18,852 nt of DNA, from contig JBDRNT010000140.1 of assembly GCA_043810925.1 (NCBI GenBank), positions 1 through 18,852 on the forward strand, written 5' to 3'. Shown piece after piece: positions 16,451 through 18,852 of the stretch. The notes below the pieces were generated by a model. The model did no database searches. It was not told where the DNA came from and worked only from the letters and a program-made list of their open reading frames with translations. Made by a program: the position numbers and the translations under genes. The stretch is from Candidatus Eiseniibacteriota bacterium (GTDB lineage: Bacteria > Arandabacterota > Arandabacteria > Arandabacterales > Arandabacteraceae). Positions within the stretch are counted from its first letter, which is position 1. Each line of letters opens with the position of its first letter.

Positions 16451-16507
16451 CTGCACTACCTCCTGAGATCCGATCACACCGATTCCAGGAGGTTATCGCA
16501 GGTATAT

Positions 16508-16568
16508 TTCGAATACTTTTTACTTTTGAGGCAACGAACCCCGTTCGAATACATTTATTATGAGTCAA
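16508..16568 (-). repeat. IS right-end tandem motif pair, inverted relative to the left end
   Basis: On the minus strand: TTGACTCATAATAAATGTATTCGAA (16568-16544) and TTGCCTCAAAAGTAAAAAGTATTCGAA (16534-16508). The 12-mer TTCGTTGCCTCA is shared exactly with the left end. Confidence 0.85.
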
Positions 16569-16577
16569 TTCGCCTGC

Positions 16578-16605
16578 TTGACAAATCGCCGCAGGCTGTT
16601 ATCCT
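16578..16605 (+). promoter_or_regulatory. Putative sigma70 promoter at the IS boundary, facing the PAS gene
   Basis: Perfect TTGACA (16578-16583), 16-nt spacer, TATCCT (16600-16605), with an extended TG at 16597-16598. Confidence 0.5.
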
Positions 16606-16839
16606 TGCTGTGTCTTCAAATGCCGTGCCCGGGGTGGCTATCCGTACTACTGGTGTAGTGACCTTAAAGGCGGATGGTGCGTGTTGTGAAGCAATGCTGC
16701 GAGTCGAGAATTGAAGCTACCGAACAACCGACAGCGATCATCTCCAGAACATCCGGGGCACCGCTCTGCCGGAGCGTGCCCGGCCGGTAGGCCAACAGAT
16801 TGTGCTGGCGAGCATAGTTGATTCTGGAGGAGAAAAGTG

Positions 16840-18852
16840 ATGGCGAAACAGAAGACCAGGAAGCAGTTGGTGGAGGATCTGGCCGAGACCCAGGGGAGGG
16901 TCTCGCAGCTGGAAGCCCTTGTAGCGAGCATTCGGGACTACATCGTCCAACTGGACCTCGACGGCCGGATTCTCTTTGCCAACCGGGCACTTGGGCGTGG
17001 GGCTCCGGATGATGTCGTTGGAACTTCGATCTTCGACTGGATGCTCGACGACTCCGAGGCGACTCTCAGGTCGGCGCTTGAACGAGTGGTTGAGACGGGG
17101 GTGGGAGAGGTAGTTGATTGTATGATAAGGGATCCTCGGGGGAACCACCTGTCGCACTCGGCCAGCATCGTCGCCATCAAGGATAATGGTGAAGTGCGGA
17201 GCACGGCGATGGTGATCCGGGACGTCACCGGCTTGACTATGTCACGGGATCAACTGAAGGCAGAGACGGACAATCTGCGGAAGTACTTCGAGTGCCTGCC
17301 TATAATGGCCTATAAAATAGACCCGAATGGAACAATCACCGACTGTAATGAGGCGGTACTCCAGACTCTCGGCTATGAAAGCCGGGACGATCTGGCAGGA
17401 AAGTCGCTGATCGACACGATTTATGCCCCATCCTCAAGGGAGAAGGCTGGCGCGCTTTTCGCCAGGTGGAAGCGAGAGGGAAGGCTGAGGAATGAGGAAT
17501 TGCAGGTCATAACCAGAGAGGGCGAGGTTCTCGACGTTCTTCTCAATGTGGTGACTATTCTGGACCGCAATGGTGATCCGGTTCACAGCCTTTCAACACA
17601 GATGGAAGCTACCGAGCGAAAGCGTTCTCATATGGCCGTTAGGATGGAACGCGACAACCTGCTCATTGTGCTTGGGGCCATGGGCGCCGGCGTCGTAATT
17701 GTTGATGAGGGCTACAACATCGTATATGTTAACTCTTTTATTGACAGGATCTACGGGCCCTGGAAAGGCAGGAAGTGCCACGATTACTTCGACAATGCCG
17801 GCGGTGTATGCACGAATTGTCCCGGCCCCGGGGTGTTTAAGGGCGAGGTCCCCAGGCGGGATTGGAAGTGCCCCAGGAACGGACGGTACTATGAACTCGT
17901 AGACACCGAGATCAGTAGCCTCGATGAGAACCGGCACAGGATTGAGGTTTTCTGGGACATCACAGAGCGCAAGCATACCGAAGAGGAACTCGCGCGAAGT
18001 GAAGAGAAGTACCGGAATGTCGTGGCCGCCAGCACGGACGCTATCGTGGTATACAATGTCAGCACCGGGCGAGTCCTTGAGACTAACCCCGCAGCCGAGA
18101 CGCTTTATGGCTACAGCAAGGAGGAGTTTCAGAACCTGACCCTCAATGATTTGACTGCCGAACCTGATGCCACCAATGCGACTATCAGGGACGGCATCGA
18201 GAATGAGATCGTCAGGATTCCCCGCCGGTATCACAGGCGAAAGGACGGCAGCGTCTTCGCGGTGGAGATCTCAGCCGGCGCGTTCGTTCAGGAGGGTAGG
18301 TCAATTCTGGTGGAGATCGTCAGAGACATAACCGACAGGCTGGCGGCTGACCACGTGCTGAAGGAGGAACGGGATCGAGCGGAGATGTATCTGGATATTG
18401 CAAACGTCATACTCCTTGCGCTGGATGAGGACGGCAGGGTGATCATGATTAATAGAAAAGGCAGAGAGGTGTTGGGCTGTGAGCAGGACGACATAATCGG
18501 TAAGGTCTGGTTTGATCACTTCCTGCCGGAGCGTCTGCGTAGCGAAGTCAAAGACGTCTTTCACAAGGTACTGGCGTGTGAACTTGGAGATACGGAGTAT
18601 CATGAGAACGCTATAGTTACTTCTGGAGGCGAGGAGAGGATTGTCGCTTGGCGCGGAAGGGTCATCAAGGACAATAGTGGCCGGGCAATAGGGATATTGA
18701 GTTCCGGGGAAGACATCACCGACCGGCAGGAATCGGATAGGGAGATCATGCGTTTGTCAACGGCGATGCGCGTGTCCAGCGAGAGCATCGTGCTTTCGGA
18801 TCTCGATGGGACAATTACCGACGCCAACAACGCGGCGATGACCATGTGCGGC
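16840..18852 (+). CDS. Multi-PAS sensor protein (5 complete PAS/PAC modules plus the start of a 6th), 3' end outside the window; likely a histidine kinase or c-di-GMP enzyme
   Basis: Absent from the ORF track because there is no stop codon in the window. My translation gives an open frame of 671 codons from ATG 16840 (alternative GTG 16837; SD GGAGG 16826-16830), starting MAKQKTRKQLVEDLAETQGRVSQLE. PAS starts: LDLDGRILFAN, IDPNGTITDCN, VDEGYNIVYVN, STGRVLETN, LDEDGRVIMIN, SDLDGTITDAN. PAC ends: RDVT, EATERK, WDITERK, RDITDR, EDITDR. No TM segment is evident. Confidence 0.92.
   Translation, partial: MAKQKTRKQLVEDLAETQGRVSQLEALVASIRDYIVQLDLDGRILFANRALGRGAPDDVVGTSIFDWMLDDSEATLRSALERVVETGVGEVVDCMIRDPRGNHLSHSASIVAIKDNGEVRSTAMVIRDVTGLTMSRDQLKAETDNLRKYFECLPIMAYKIDPNGTITDCNEAVLQTLGYESRDDLAGKSLIDTIYAPSSREKAGALFARWKREGRLRNEELQVITREGEVLDVLLNVVTILDRNGDPVHSLSTQMEATERKRSHMAVRMERDNLLIVLGAMGAGVVIVDEGYNIVYVNSFIDRIYGPWKGRKCHDYFDNAGGVCTNCPGPGVFKGEVPRRDWKCPRNGRYYELVDTEISSLDENRHRIEVFWDITERKHTEEELARSEEKYRNVVAASTDAIVVYNVSTGRVLETNPAAETLYGYSKEEFQNLTLNDLTAEPDATNATIRDGIENEIVRIPRRYHRRKDGSVFAVEISAGAFVQEGRSILVEIVRDITDRLAADHVLKEERDRAEMYLDIANVILLALDEDGRVIMINRKGREVLGCEQDDIIGKVWFDHFLPERLRSEVKDVFHKVLACELGDTEYHENAIVTSGGEERIVAWRGRVIKDNSGRAIGILSSGEDITDRQESDREIMRLSTAMRVSSESIVLSDLDGTITDANNAAMTMCG

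Larger units (their letters stand above)
15092..16583 (-). mobile_element. Insertion sequence (~1.5 kb) with an rve/DDE transposase (IS481/ISNCY-like; family not firmly assigned)
   Basis: The transposase ORF is bracketed by inverted, doubled 25-27 bp AT-rich motifs. Candidate termini are TGT at 15092 and ACA at 16583; the exact ends are inferred. No target duplication was seen. Confidence 0.8.

Noticed and set aside
390-18845. The many alternative-frame and antisense ORFs in the supplied track (e.g. 1113-1865, 10860-11540, 13223-13897, 13894-14772, 17593-18234)
   Set aside because: They shadow well-supported genes, show no recognisable motifs, and are expected in GC-rich coding DNA. Those beyond 16840 overlap the real PAS ORF.

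Overview
Bacterial chromosomal DNA, moderately GC-rich by eye. The FeS/radical-enzyme content suggests an anaerobe (inference). From left to right: (1) a REP/REPIN-like palindromic repeat at the window edge; (2) an MltD-like lipoprotein lytic transglycosylase with seven C-terminal LysM domains; (3) a leftward, translationally coupled 4-gene operon encoding a secreted 7-repeat beta-propeller, a GT-C (PMT/ArnT-like) glycosyltransferase with TPRs, a divergent GlgC/GlgD-like paralogue and a canonical GlgC; (4) a rightward 7-gene operon from a near-consensus sigma70 promoter encoding an alkaline-phosphatase-superfamily lipoprotein, a GAF-GGDEF diguanylate cyclase, queD, queC, a DUF366-like lipoate/biotin-ligase-fold protein, queE and a 2-hydroxyacyl-CoA dehydratase-like FeS protein; (5) an apparently intact IS with an rve/DDE transposase and doubled, inverted terminal motifs; (6) a multi-PAS sensor gene that runs off the window end and is missing from the ORF track. 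The best candidate for an undescribed system is the 7-deazaguanine (preQ0) cluster. It has no queF, tgt, queA, queG or dpdA in the window, but it embeds a ligase-fold protein and an FeS dehydratase/reductase-type protein, which could form an alternative deazapurine-tailoring route. All family calls come from motif recognition by eye; no searches were run.
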